Shown here: in pieces, positions 6,692 through 15,376 of the stretch
Layout of the letters: each line of letters begins with the position of its first letter
Position numbering within the stretch: position 1 is the stretch's first letter
Virus record (IMG/VR): IMGVR_UViG_3300008266_011056
Reading direction: 5' to 3' (one strand)
Length of the DNA stretch: 20,000 nt
Source of the DNA: an uncultured virus (IMG/VR IMGVR_UViG_3300008266_011056)
Lineage: Duplodnaviria > Heunggongvirae > Uroviricota > Caudoviricetes
The notes under the pieces: model-generated
What the model was told of the DNA's origin: nothing
The model's database searches: none
What the model saw: the letters and a program-made list of their open reading frames with translations, nothing else
Translations under genes and position numbers: made by a program

Positions 6692-6697
6692 TCCGAT

Positions 6698-6726
6698 ATT
6701 ATATATGCTTATTCTTCGTAATCCAG
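6698..6726 (-). promoter_or_regulatory. Putative promoter for the leader-hsp20 unit
   Basis: Perfect TATAAT (6703-6698) with a weak -35 CTGGAT at 17 nt spacing. The predicted start (~6691) coincides with the first hairpin. Confidence 0.5.
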
Positions 6727-7140
6727 TTTCTTCTTACCAATATTATACTTAGTTTGAAGTTCCCAGTCATCCTTATCCTTGAAGGCAATTACTTTAATCT
6801 GCGATAAAGGTGCAAGATCTGAGAAGTTATTTGGGTTTAAAATTTTTACTAGACCCCAGTCAGACAATAATTTTGCAATAGTATTACGTCTTTGTAAATC
6901 GTTATCGGTTAAATCTGTACTCTTACCGTCTAATGCAAATAATTCCTTAAAGTGTACAATGTAATATTTACCTTGCTTATGTAATATATGACAGGATTGA
7001 TATAAAATTTTATCTTTCCTAGATGCAACCCCTATTCTAGTTAGCGTTTCACGTACTTTAAGAAAATCATCTGGCTGCACTAAAGTTACTTCTAATGGCG
7101 TGTAGCCTGGAATATCTACACGAAAAAAATCATTTGACAT
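6709..7140 (-). CDS. regA: Translational repressor RegA
   Basis: PDDFLKVRETLTRIGVASRKDKILYQSCHILHKQGKYYIVHFKELFALDGK...RRNTIAKLLSDWGL...KYNIG. Start taken at ATG 7140. Confidence 0.97.
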   Translation of the reverse strand: MSNDFFRVDIPGYTPLEVTLVQPDDFLKVRETLTRIGVASRKDKILYQSCHILHKQGKYYIVHFKELFALDGKSTDLTDNDLQRRNTIAKLLSDWGLVKILNPNNFSDLAPLSQIKVIAFKDKDDWELQTKYNIGKKKLDYEE

Positions 7141-7585
7141 CACTTCCACCCTTTTTTAATTTTTGTTTTAAATGATCTATCTGTGAATCGGATAGAATAG
7201 AAAGGGCTTGGCGAGCTTTTTCAGTGCTGTAACCATAGTAATCTTTAACTATATCTATCGCTTCAATTCTCTGAGCCTTGATCCATTTATTGAATCTCTT
7301 ACGTGGCCTGATGATATTTATAAGAAAATCAAATTGCAGTTTCTTATCCAGATGCGGTCTTGAATTCATCTCGTTTGCTTGAATTACCGTATCTGAACCG
7401 AAGGATAGACCTTTATTAATAACGTACGAATTGTACTGTTTTTCTGACCATTCATCTACAATAAGATTATCTTTGCCAAACGAGATAGCATTGATAAAAT
7501 CAAACGGAGAAATAGCAGGTGGTTTTTCTTCCACTTGCTTGATAACCTCTACTGGTTTTCCGAATACATCATTAATATCGGTCAT
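7130..7585 (-). CDS. gp62: Clamp loader small subunit
   Basis: SPFDFINAI, INKGLSF..DTV..ANEMN, QFDFLINIIRPRKRF.KW, YYGYSTEKARQAL. Located between gp44 and regA. Confidence 0.95.
   Translation of the reverse strand: MTDINDVFGKPVEVIKQVEEKPPAISPFDFINAISFGKDNLIVDEWSEKQYNSYVINKGLSFGSDTVIQANEMNSRPHLDKKLQFDFLINIIRPRKRFNKWIKAQRIEAIDIVKDYYGYSTEKARQALSILSDSQIDHLKQKLKKGGSDVK
7315..7322 (-). promoter_or_regulatory. T4 late promoter consensus TATAAATA inside gp62, pointing at regA
   Basis: Exact TATAAATA on the minus strand, about 175 nt upstream of the regA ATG. It could be a by-product of the codons for L-I-N-I. Confidence 0.35.
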
Positions 7586-7767
7586 GCTCGAAGCACCCAG
7601 TCTTCCGCTTTATCCTCTGCCTCTTGTAAACGATCACAAAAATATTCCATTGACGTTTCAAAGTAACTATCAAAGCATGTTACTCTGTAAGCATCACCTC
7701 TGGCTAATACTAGGGCCGTTCTTTGACCGTCATCAGACGTATGTTTGCTGATTTCTTTAACACTCAT
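7582..7767 (-). CDS. Small hypothetical protein inserted between gp44 and gp62
   Basis: 61 aa with ATGA overlaps at both ends, a GGAGG RBS inside the gp44 end, and C-terminal AEDKAEDWVL. Confidence 0.8.
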   Translation of the reverse strand: MSVKEISKHTSDDGQRTALVLARGDAYRVTCFDSYFETSMEYFCDRLQEAEDKAEDWVLRA

Positions 7768-8696
7768 TTTACCTCCACCGATGCCATTATTTCAGTTAGA
7801 CATGCAATTAAGTTAATCTCTTGGTCGCTCACAAATGCAGATTTATACTGATAGTCTGCAATAGTAAGTACCAGGTTAGGAACTTGATTAGTTAGTGGTA
7901 GAACATTATCGTATATTTTTCTGAATAGGGTAGCAGGATCATTGTCCATGTTGTTAGCTACCCATGTTCGCATTTTTTTCCAATCTTTTTCTTTTAGTGA
8001 ACTAATCAGTTCCTCAATATTAGCATCACCTGTGCTAGTTAGTATACCTTCATCAATAGCACCTATTTGAGAATAACGTTGCAACTCATTTAGTGTCCTG
8101 CGGAAGTCAGGGAAAAATTTCTCTACTACTCTAGCTACTACTACTTTACTATAAGTTACATTCTCCTTAGCGAGAATATTAGTTACTCTTTCAAAAAACT
8201 CTGCAGCAATTTTTTGCTTTTCATTTTTAGGAATCTTAAATTCTACTACAGCACATCTACTATGAAGTGCAGGTATAATTCTATTTTTTAGATTACAAGT
8301 AAGAATGAACCTACAATTATTAGCGAACTCTTCCATAAACCGTCTCAAAGCCGGTTGAGTGGAGTTAGGATTTAAATAATCTGCTTCATCTAATATAACA
8401 ACCTTAGTATTACCCGTGAACGAGATTGTAGATGCAAAGTCTTTAATCTTAGTTCTAAGAACATCAATACCAGATTCTTCTGATCCATTAATAATGATGT
8501 AATCTGTCTTTAGTTCTTCGCATAATGCACGTGCAATTGTTGTCTTACCTGTACCTGCAGTACCAGTTAGAAGTAAGTTCTGTATTTCACCTGACTTTGC
8601 AAATTGATGAAATATAGCTTTTAAATTTTTAGGTAAGATACATTCAGAAATAGTTTTGGGTCTATATTCCTCTACCCATAAAAAATGTTTTTCCAT
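7764..8696 (-). CDS. gp44: Clamp loader large subunit (AAA+, RFC-like)
   Basis: LWVEEYRPKTISECILP, Walker A GTAGTGKTT, INGSEE.GID, Walker B ILDEAD, LHSRC and FPDFRR.LNELQRY. Confidence 0.97.
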   Translation of the reverse strand: MEKHFLWVEEYRPKTISECILPKNLKAIFHQFAKSGEIQNLLLTGTAGTGKTTIARALCEELKTDYIIINGSEESGIDVLRTKIKDFASTISFTGNTKVVILDEADYLNPNSTQPALRRFMEEFANNCRFILTCNLKNRIIPALHSRCAVVEFKIPKNEKQKIAAEFFERVTNILAKENVTYSKVVVARVVEKFFPDFRRTLNELQRYSQIGAIDEGILTSTGDANIEELISSLKEKDWKKMRTWVANNMDNDPATLFRKIYDNVLPLTNQVPNLVLTIADYQYKSAFVSDQEINLIACLTEIMASVEVK

Positions 8697-8698
8697 AA

Positions 8699-9370
8699 TT
8701 AAAGAATTGAATCAGGTTCACAGGCAATCCAATACTGAAGCTGTCTTGACATATGCTTGAAGTATAAAAATTTAGCTTTACCTTTAGGAATCTTTGATAC
8801 TGATACTTCATATGCATCAGGAATCACTTTAAGATTTTCAACAGCAATAAAGACATCAAATGGTTCAAAGCATGTACCTACTTCTTTCTTAAAGTTAGAA
8901 GAAGTAGGGTTCTTTCTATCACCTACAGATAAAACTACTGACTGATCTCTACTGGTAACTGAGATAGATGGCGCACTAGTAATAGAAGCGGCTTTCATAA
9001 TCATCTGTACATCTTCAGCTGTCAAAGTAAACCTATAAACGTCTACTTGATCGATAGTACCTGTAGGTGCCGCAACTACTGTCTCGGGATCTGAATAAAA
9101 ATATTCGAACTTACCAGCCGGGCTACTAATAGACACGGACTTATCGTTAAATTCTACTTCTTGATTTTCAACAATAGTCATCATTGCTAGTAACGAGTTT
9201 AGTTCGTAAATAGCAAATTCGTTAGGTATTGTTTCTTTGATCTGAGCTTTTGCAAACACACTTCTTGACGCTGAGATAGTACTAATCATATCCCCAGGTC
9301 TAAAAAGCATGTTCATATTAATTGAAGCAAAGTTTTTTAGTAATGCGAGTGTCTCGCTACTTATTTTCAT
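8699..9370 (-). CDS. gp45: Sliding clamp (DNA polymerase processivity factor)
   Basis: Start reassigned to ATG 9370 (GAGGA RBS): MKISSETLALLKNFASIN...FAIYELNSLL...ENLKVIPDAYEV...YWIACEPDS. Lies directly upstream of gp44. Confidence 0.95.
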   Translation of the reverse strand: MKISSETLALLKNFASINMNMLFRPGDMISTISASRSVFAKAQIKETIPNEFAIYELNSLLAMMTIVENQEVEFNDKSVSISSPAGKFEYFYSDPETVVAAPTGTIDQVDVYRFTLTAEDVQMIMKAASITSAPSISVTSRDQSVVLSVGDRKNPTSSNFKKEVGTCFEPFDVFIAVENLKVIPDAYEVSVSKIPKGKAKFLYFKHMSRQLQYWIACEPDSIL

Positions 9371-10074
9371 AATGTATCCTCTTCGGGTATTTGAAATTCT
9401 TCCATTGGTAGGAAAACGCAATTTCTGTCACGGTAATATTGTTTGTTATAATAATACGTAATGTGTTTGTCACCTTCTTTAATTAAAGACTTATCCCATA
9501 AAACGAGAACCTCTTTGTTGAGAAGATCCCCTATCACCGAAATACCTGTAATGGTAGAAAGTAAGGGGTTAGGAGATGCCTTGATCAAACCGGCATTGAA
9601 TGCAACAGTATTATTATAATCTAAAAAGTGGCATTTATCTAGCGGAAATTTTCCTGTCGATGCTAGAAAATTTGTAGATGATTTGTCGCCTACCAGATAC
9701 TTGTCCTGGATTGGCTCTACATCAGGTACATTAAGAACAAAACTATTATCTATTTCAAAATCTATATTGTACCTGGCTTTAAAATCCTGTTCTAGTCTAA
9801 GAGTTTCGAAAGGAACATTAGGGTCGGCTTTAAAGTTGTCGAATCGAGAAATAGTTTGATAACTATCATCAATAGCTGCTTCGTATTCAAACTTAAACGC
9901 AGCAATACAATCCTGCATATGCATGAACTCTTTAAGCCCGTTGAATACCATCATGTCGTTTCTTACAACGAGGGAAATTTTGTGTCCGGTAGATTTGTAG
10001 ATACCGGATAGGACGGGTAATACGTTTAAAGTTTGACTGAGCTTACCGCTCGATGTCATGAAAATTCTAATCAT
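9367..10074 (-). CDS. Putative GT-B/GT9 (heptosyltransferase)-like protein
   Basis: The N-terminal GKLSQTLNVLPVLSGI and C-terminal LIKAS...STITGISVIGDLLNKEVLVLW echo GT9 motifs (lGD...alP.l and lI......s.dsG..h.a.al......l). ATGA overlap with gp45. The family call is tentative. Confidence 0.5.
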   Translation of the reverse strand: MIRIFMTSSGKLSQTLNVLPVLSGIYKSTGHKISLVVRNDMMVFNGLKEFMHMQDCIAAFKFEYEAAIDDSYQTISRFDNFKADPNVPFETLRLEQDFKARYNIDFEIDNSFVLNVPDVEPIQDKYLVGDKSSTNFLASTGKFPLDKCHFLDYNNTVAFNAGLIKASPNPLLSTITGISVIGDLLNKEVLVLWDKSLIKEGDKHITYYYNKQYYRDRNCVFLPMEEFQIPEEDTL

Positions 10075-10098
10075 AATTAAAATACCACAAAAAGTAAA

Positions 10099-10824
10099 TT
10101 ATATAAGTTTATGCTCAACTACTCCATTATATTTGTCAATACAGTACTGTCTCTCCTTTGCGTCTAGCTCTCTTAAGTCAGGTCTCCTAAATGCTGAGTC
10201 GCCATGATCTCTAAAACAAACTAAAATTTCATTAAGTAGAATTGGATCACCGTAATGATAATAAGAACGATAGAAATATTCACCATCTACTATCCATACT
10301 AAGTTTTCATCCATCTCTAACGCACATTCTCGTCTAACAGTATAGTTGGATGGATTACCTGTTGTGTTATCACCATTCACATGCTTATTACCATACCATG
10401 GAAGCCTAGCATCGTAATATTTTGATTTATCTTCTGAGCAGTGTATAAAACCTGAAATTAACCACTTGTTATTAGGATTGTTTTTAAAATTTTCGTTTAT
10501 AATATGCAGAGCATTTTGATTAACAAAAAAATCATCCATGTAAAGTAGTTTTAAAAGTTCTCCTTTAGCATATTTAATTCCATGATTGACATTATTAGCT
10601 GCATTCTTTACATTAGAAGTATTCCTAACGTATGTTATATCTAAAACTTTTTCAAAAACTTTAACAATGTCTAAATTTGAGTCATCCGTGCTTTGATCTG
10701 AAATAACTACTTCAAAATCTTTAAATGTTTGCTCAGATAAGTTTGAAAGATACTGAATAAGAAACTTTTCATTCAAGTTATCTTTCATTCTGTATACAGG
10801 GCATACTATAGAAAATCTAGGCAT
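10099..10824 (-). CDS. Glycosyltransferase family 2
   Basis: PRFSIVCPVY, QTFKDFEVVISDQSTD, NHGIKYAKGE, LLYMDDFF, GNPS and WIVDGEYFYR. Confidence 0.92.
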   Translation of the reverse strand: MPRFSIVCPVYRMKDNLNEKFLIQYLSNLSEQTFKDFEVVISDQSTDDSNLDIVKVFEKVLDITYVRNTSNVKNAANNVNHGIKYAKGELLKLLYMDDFFVNQNALHIINENFKNNPNNKWLISGFIHCSEDKSKYYDARLPWYGNKHVNGDNTTGNPSNYTVRRECALEMDENLVWIVDGEYFYRSYYHYGDPILLNEILVCFRDHGDSAFRRPDLRELDAKERQYCIDKYNGVVEHKLI

Positions 10825-11531
10825 TAAACTACCTCAGCTTTAGAAAAGTAGTTGGTGTAAAATTCATGGTAAAGTCTATCTCGTGTAGTAATATGCTCTC
10901 TACCAAACCCTTGTGCTTTGTCGCTTTCAGGTATACGTGTCTGGATTTGTAGTTTACGAGTTAAAGTCTGCTCATTAAACGGTGACCAACCATACCAAAG
11001 AATTTCAAGTTCATCTGTAGTGGGGTCTGTATCGTAATGTCTACCTAACGGGTATTTTATATTTTTTTGTTTATGAATACACCTTGGTCTTCTATTTTTA
11101 AAACCAGGGGTAGAGTTATACTTAATACCATGAGGTTTTTGTTCTACTAATGATAAGTTATGATTAGGCTGCGTCAATGGATCTTTATCTACCATAGTAT
11201 GACAAGGCAGGATAAAAGAATCAGCCGACGCTTTGTCTAAAATATCAAAATTACCTCTAATAAATTCAGTAGTGTTTAGACAAATACGCCAGCCATCAAT
11301 ATTTTTTTCAATATCCATTACTTCTTCGTCAATCAACCTAGCATCAAACATTTCATTTCTAGACGGGATGATTGTCCAGTCAGGACATATCTGTTTGATG
11401 ATTTCAACTGACCGATCTGTAGATGCGTAGTCAATTAAGATACCGTGATAAAAGTATTTCTTATGATGATTTAACCACCAGGGTAAGAGATACTCTTCGT
11501 TATAAAAATGAGTAATAATAGTTCTGTACAT
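10824..11531 (-). CDS. GT-A fold glycosyltransferase-like protein (GT2_4-type)
   Basis: FYNEEYLLPWWLNHHK, ILIDYASTDRSVEII, WRICLNTTEF (degenerate DxD position) and YPLGRH. Confidence 0.8.
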   Translation of the reverse strand: MYRTIITHFYNEEYLLPWWLNHHKKYFYHGILIDYASTDRSVEIIKQICPDWTIIPSRNEMFDARLIDEEVMDIEKNIDGWRICLNTTEFIRGNFDILDKASADSFILPCHTMVDKDPLTQPNHNLSLVEQKPHGIKYNSTPGFKNRRPRCIHKQKNIKYPLGRHYDTDPTTDELEILWYGWSPFNEQTLTRKLQIQTRIPESDKAQGFGREHITTRDRLYHEFYTNYFSKAEVV

Positions 11532-11533
11532 AA

Positions 11534-13432
11534 TTAATTTTCTAATATCTTTACTTCAGGAAAATATCTAAGAAATATAACGTCTTTACTCTTACGGTTC
11601 AATACTTTAGTTCGTATCTCATCAAAGAAGTTCCATGCCAGAGGCACAATACATACTTTTGTTTCTTCCTGCAATATAGCATCTGGATGTTTAATTAAAA
11701 TCTTTGACCCGGGTGAATACAGACCTTGCTTAAGAGGATTATCATCTACAATATAATCTAAGTTAAACTTTGCAAAATTTAAGAATGTATTACCTTTAGC
11801 TGCTGCACCATAACCAATCATCTTGTAACCGTCTCTCTTTAATTGTAGAATCTTATCCGAAGTAGCTTGAGCTATTTCTTTACAATTTTTTGCATACCTT
11901 AACATCTTAAAGTATGTTAGATCCTCTTCAGGGGTATATGAAGCCTCGGAAGATTCTTTACCTAAGACGAAAACAAAACTAGTACCGTGTACAGGTGTTC
12001 TCTGTATATCAATAAGTTTTAACCCTGCCCTTTTAGCTAATGCATGAAATGATTTCTCACTAAAGAAAGAGATATGCTCATGATAGATAGTATCGAATTC
12101 GTTATTCCTTACCATATTAGCTTGAGAAGTCTGAATGAAAATTCTACCATTATCTGACAAATTATTCTTACATATCTCTAAAAACTCTTTAGGGTAAGTA
12201 TTATGTGCAAATACGTTTTGTGCAATAATTATATCAAACTTAGTATTCAACTTACCTATAGAATCTTCTGTAAGATAGTCACAGACGATATTATGGTTTT
12301 TAGAGCTTAGTGGATATAAGTTCACAGCAGGGTCAATGCCAAAAGTACTATATCCCTTTACTTTAAATGAATCTAATTGCGTGCCATCATTACAAGCAAT
12401 ATCAAGAACAGTCTTACCATCAACGTATTGCTTAGAAAAATCTACAAACCAATCAAAATAATCTTTAAGTGTCTTTGTTGTACCACTAACGTACAGATAA
12501 TTTTTAAATAGTAAATCAGGGTTAACTGAATGAGTAAGTTGTATGTGAGTACAGTCGTGGCAGTAGTTGATAGCTAGAGGATACACCCATTCAGCTTCGT
12601 TAATATAATTTAAGTAGCTATTAGCTAGAGGTTGATTATTGAGATCCAGTATTTTTTCTAGATTTGTACCATTACAACATAAACAATGTGTAAGCTCTTC
12701 ACAGTTATTGTGGTCAACACTAATAATATTACTAACCTCTTCTTTAGAAGATTCATTCCAACGTCTATGAGACCCGGCTACGTAATGTATACCCATTATT
12801 TCATTGTCGTCGTTTTTAAAATAACAACAACCATAGTTTTGAGAGTCTGTCTTCCAGTTTAAGGTTTTAATATTATTATCTAGAATGTGTTTTCTAATTC
12901 TATAACCTACCTCAACGAAACCTTCAGCTTTATTTGTATTAACTTCTTCCGGGGTAATTACCCAGCTTTGACTAGTAGCTAATTCTCTAGTATAGTAAGC
13001 ACCAAAGCAGCAAGGAATATTTTCGAAGTTCTTAGGGTTAATATTGACCCAGGCTTTAGTATCTTTACCATCATTGTACTCGCAGCCTACAGCTTGATAC
13101 CCCTCAGCAAACTTCTTAAAAACATACTCATGAATATTATTGGACAGGAAGAAGAAATCGGAATCAATAATACCAACAATATCGGAAGTACAATGCTTTA
13201 ACCCTTCATTAATAGCATGGCCGTGAGATACACCATCAAATGTAGGAACACTATCTAATAAAACTAGTTTATCGATGATAGGGTCGACATCAATAGTTTG
13301 TTTATTTTCGTTTGGTGTGTTATCTACAACGATTAACCTATAATCTTTCTTTGGTAATCTAGTCTTAAAGTTTTTAACTTGAAGATCTAAAAGATCATAA
13401 TTGTTGTAAATTACAATAAGGTAATCAATCAT
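11534..13432 (-). CDS. Fusion: N-terminal GT2-like domain plus NDP-sugar C-methyltransferase (Zn-binding, SAM-binding and C-terminal domains)
   Basis: N-terminal IVVDN...HGHAINEGL...IIDSDFF, followed by CLCC/LNNQPLANSY/CHDC Zn sites, VLDIACNDGTQL, GIDPA, AQNVFAH, FDTIYHEHISFFS, GYGAAAKGNTFLN, DDNPLKQG and LAWNFFDEI. Confidence 0.92.
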   Translation of the reverse strand: MIDYLIVIYNNYDLLDLQVKNFKTRLPKKDYRLIVVDNTPNENKQTIDVDPIIDKLVLLDSVPTFDGVSHGHAINEGLKHCTSDIVGIIDSDFFFLSNNIHEYVFKKFAEGYQAVGCEYNDGKDTKAWVNINPKNFENIPCCFGAYYTRELATSQSWVITPEEVNTNKAEGFVEVGYRIRKHILDNNIKTLNWKTDSQNYGCCYFKNDDNEIMGIHYVAGSHRRWNESSKEEVSNIISVDHNNCEELTHCLCCNGTNLEKILDLNNQPLANSYLNYINEAEWVYPLAINYCHDCTHIQLTHSVNPDLLFKNYLYVSGTTKTLKDYFDWFVDFSKQYVDGKTVLDIACNDGTQLDSFKVKGYSTFGIDPAVNLYPLSSKNHNIVCDYLTEDSIGKLNTKFDIIIAQNVFAHNTYPKEFLEICKNNLSDNGRIFIQTSQANMVRNNEFDTIYHEHISFFSEKSFHALAKRAGLKLIDIQRTPVHGTSFVFVLGKESSEASYTPEEDLTYFKMLRYAKNCKEIAQATSDKILQLKRDGYKMIGYGAAAKGNTFLNFAKFNLDYIVDDNPLKQGLYSPGSKILIKHPDAILQEETKVCIVPLAWNFFDEIRTKVLNRKSKDVIFLRYFPEVKILEN

Positions 13433-14306
13433 ATTTAAAATAACTGTCTCGTTTTACTGGGTTACATTTATCTTGTCTGATATTATTAATTAAGTTGAGA
13501 ATAATTTCTTCTTCTGTTTCTAAAAATTGAAAATTATACCTATATTTAAACTTATCGGAGTTTATAGAAAAGTTGTAAGGGTGAGATGTACTACCTAAAT
13601 CAACCAGCTGCGCGTCTGTAATGGTACATACTTTTTTAGCTACATCTTCTACTGTTGTATTAAAAGAAGAAAGATTGTATATTCCTGAGCTAGGTTTATC
13701 CACTACAATTGCATTTACAGCATTACAAAGGTCATTGATACCCAAAATAGGTCTGTTAATTTCTTTATTGCTTATGAAAACTTGTCTTCTTAGATACGAA
13801 GACCAAACCATAGAGTTAATCATTAGGTCAATTCTTAAAGTACTAGATACACCGTTTACAGTACCGAATCTTAATCCCGTAATGTATCTACCTTCAGCCA
13901 TATGTTTAATTGCTAACAAATCTAAAGCTGATTTAGTAAGATCGTAGTTGTTTACATAATCAAACGAGGTATCGGACTCTACGTAAATCTTTTCGTTTCT
14001 ATTACCGTAAACAGATGAGCTGCTTGCGTAGATAACCGGGATGCTAGGATTAATTTTCTTTAAGAGATTGTCAAAGTTGCGAACATTATTATTCCATGGA
14101 GAGGACAAATCTCCAATACACATCTGTACACTAGAATGGCCTGCTAGTAAAATTATATGTGTAAATTGATTTAAAAACTCTGGTGATAGGTTATTGTAAT
14201 CATCGTCTCTTTTACCTATAGGTATAGCAGAAATATTTTTATCATGAAAGTATTTGGTTAAAGCACTTCCGATGTATCCGTGCCCACCTATGATCAATAT
14301 ATTCAT
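13425..14306 (-). CDS. NAD-dependent nucleotide-sugar epimerase/dehydratase/reductase (extended SDR)
   Basis: ILIIGGHGYIG, YASSSSVYG, catalytic YDLTK (YxxxK), LRFGTVNG and RPILGINDL. Confidence 0.92.
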   Translation of the reverse strand: MNILIIGGHGYIGSALTKYFHDKNISAIPIGKRDDDYNNLSPEFLNQFTHIILLAGHSSVQMCIGDLSSPWNNNVRNFDNLLKKINPSIPVIYASSSSVYGNRNEKIYVESDTSFDYVNNYDLTKSALDLLAIKHMAEGRYITGLRFGTVNGVSSTLRIDLMINSMVWSSYLRRQVFISNKEINRPILGINDLCNAVNAIVVDKPSSGIYNLSSFNTTVEDVAKKVCTITDAQLVDLGSTSHPYNFSINSDKFKYRYNFQFLETEEEIILNLINNIRQDKCNPVKRDSYFKYD

Positions 14307-15376
14307 TTAAAATTGTTCAGTGTATAAATAATGTGTTCTTTATCTTGTGACGATACCCACCACCCATTAGGAATACATATCTGAGTATCAGTAAAAGAAT
14401 CTACACCTGGTAGAATACCTTCGCTGAAGTGAATAGTGCTATCGTAATGATCATTTCTAAAATGAACTGGGCTTGATGCTATGCCATTATCTTGAAGATA
14501 TTTTGTAAACCTGTCTTTGTGACCTGCTTTTACATGCATGCTGAATAACCAGTAGGAGCATGTCTCATCCCAAGTGGGTAGGGTTAGTAATTCATTTTTA
14601 ACCCTGTTAATATAATCATAAGAGTTTAGTCTACTAGCTAGTACAGAGTTTCTAGCTTCAGGTATATTTGTAATACCAATGGATGCATTAACATCATTCA
14701 TATGATATTTGAAACCTACCTGTGTAATGTTTTGCGTACATCTGAAGGATTCATTTTTAGTACGGTCTAGTCCATACCACCTTAAAATTCTTGCATCAGC
14801 TTCTTTATCTGCAGGGCAAATTAGAATACCTCCATCTGCTGTAGTCAAAAACTTGATTGCTTGAAAACTATAACAGATGTAATCACCACGTACAACATCT
14901 TTATCGTTGAATACATCCCAGCAATGTGCAGCATCTTCAATTACAGGTACACCAAATGTTTTAAGTGTACTATAGTCACAAAATTTACCAGCCCAGTTAA
15001 CTGCTACAATGGCTTTTGTTTTATCTGTGATTAGCTTTTTAACAGATTCGGGATCAATAAGACCTGTAATAGGGTCTATATCAGCCCAGCGAATTCTAGC
15101 TTTGCGATGAATAATGTGAACGTTAGATGCAAAGCAAGTTTGAGGTGTTGTAATAACCTCATCACCGGGTTCAACTTTACAAAGTTCTAAAGCAAGATCA
15201 ATTGCCGATGTACAGGAGTTAACTGTTACCGGTCTGGTTTTACACTTTAATTCTTTCTGAAGTAGATCTTCAAACTCTTCTACTACTGGCCCTTGCCCTA
15301 CGAATCCTGAGCTTAATACCTTAGCAACCTTGTCAGCTGCTTTGTCTGACATACCGACTTTAAATAACGGAATCAT
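14303..15376 (-). CDS. DegT/DnrJ/EryC1/StrS PLP-dependent sugar aminotransferase
   Basis: GQGPVVEEFE, VNSCTSAIDLAL, GDEVITTP, IEDAAH, SFQAIKFLTTADGG (PLP lysine) and GFKYHMND. Confidence 0.95.
   Translation of the reverse strand: MIPLFKVGMSDKAADKVAKVLSSGFVGQGPVVEEFEDLLQKELKCKTRPVTVNSCTSAIDLALELCKVEPGDEVITTPQTCFASNVHIIHRKARIRWADIDPITGLIDPESVKKLITDKTKAIVAVNWAGKFCDYSTLKTFGVPVIEDAAHCWDVFNDKDVVRGDYICYSFQAIKFLTTADGGILICPADKEADARILRWYGLDRTKNESFRCTQNITQVGFKYHMNDVNASIGITNIPEARNSVLASRLNSYDYINRVKNELLTLPTWDETCSYWLFSMHVKAGHKDRFTKYLQDNGIASSPVHFRNDHYDSTIHFSEGILPGVDSFTDTQICIPNGWWVSSQDKEHIIYTLNNFK

Noticed and set aside
9371..9421. N-terminal extension of gp45 (similar extensions at 17446-17493, 18345-18425 and 7141-7149)
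   Set aside because: These overlap upstream genes, a promoter or a terminator. The internal ATGs fit the RBS position and/or the family N-termini better; 18344 is the least certain.
14323..14330. TATAAATA on the plus strand
   Set aside because: It is antisense within the aminotransferase with no downstream plus-strand gene, and is expected by chance in AT-rich DNA.
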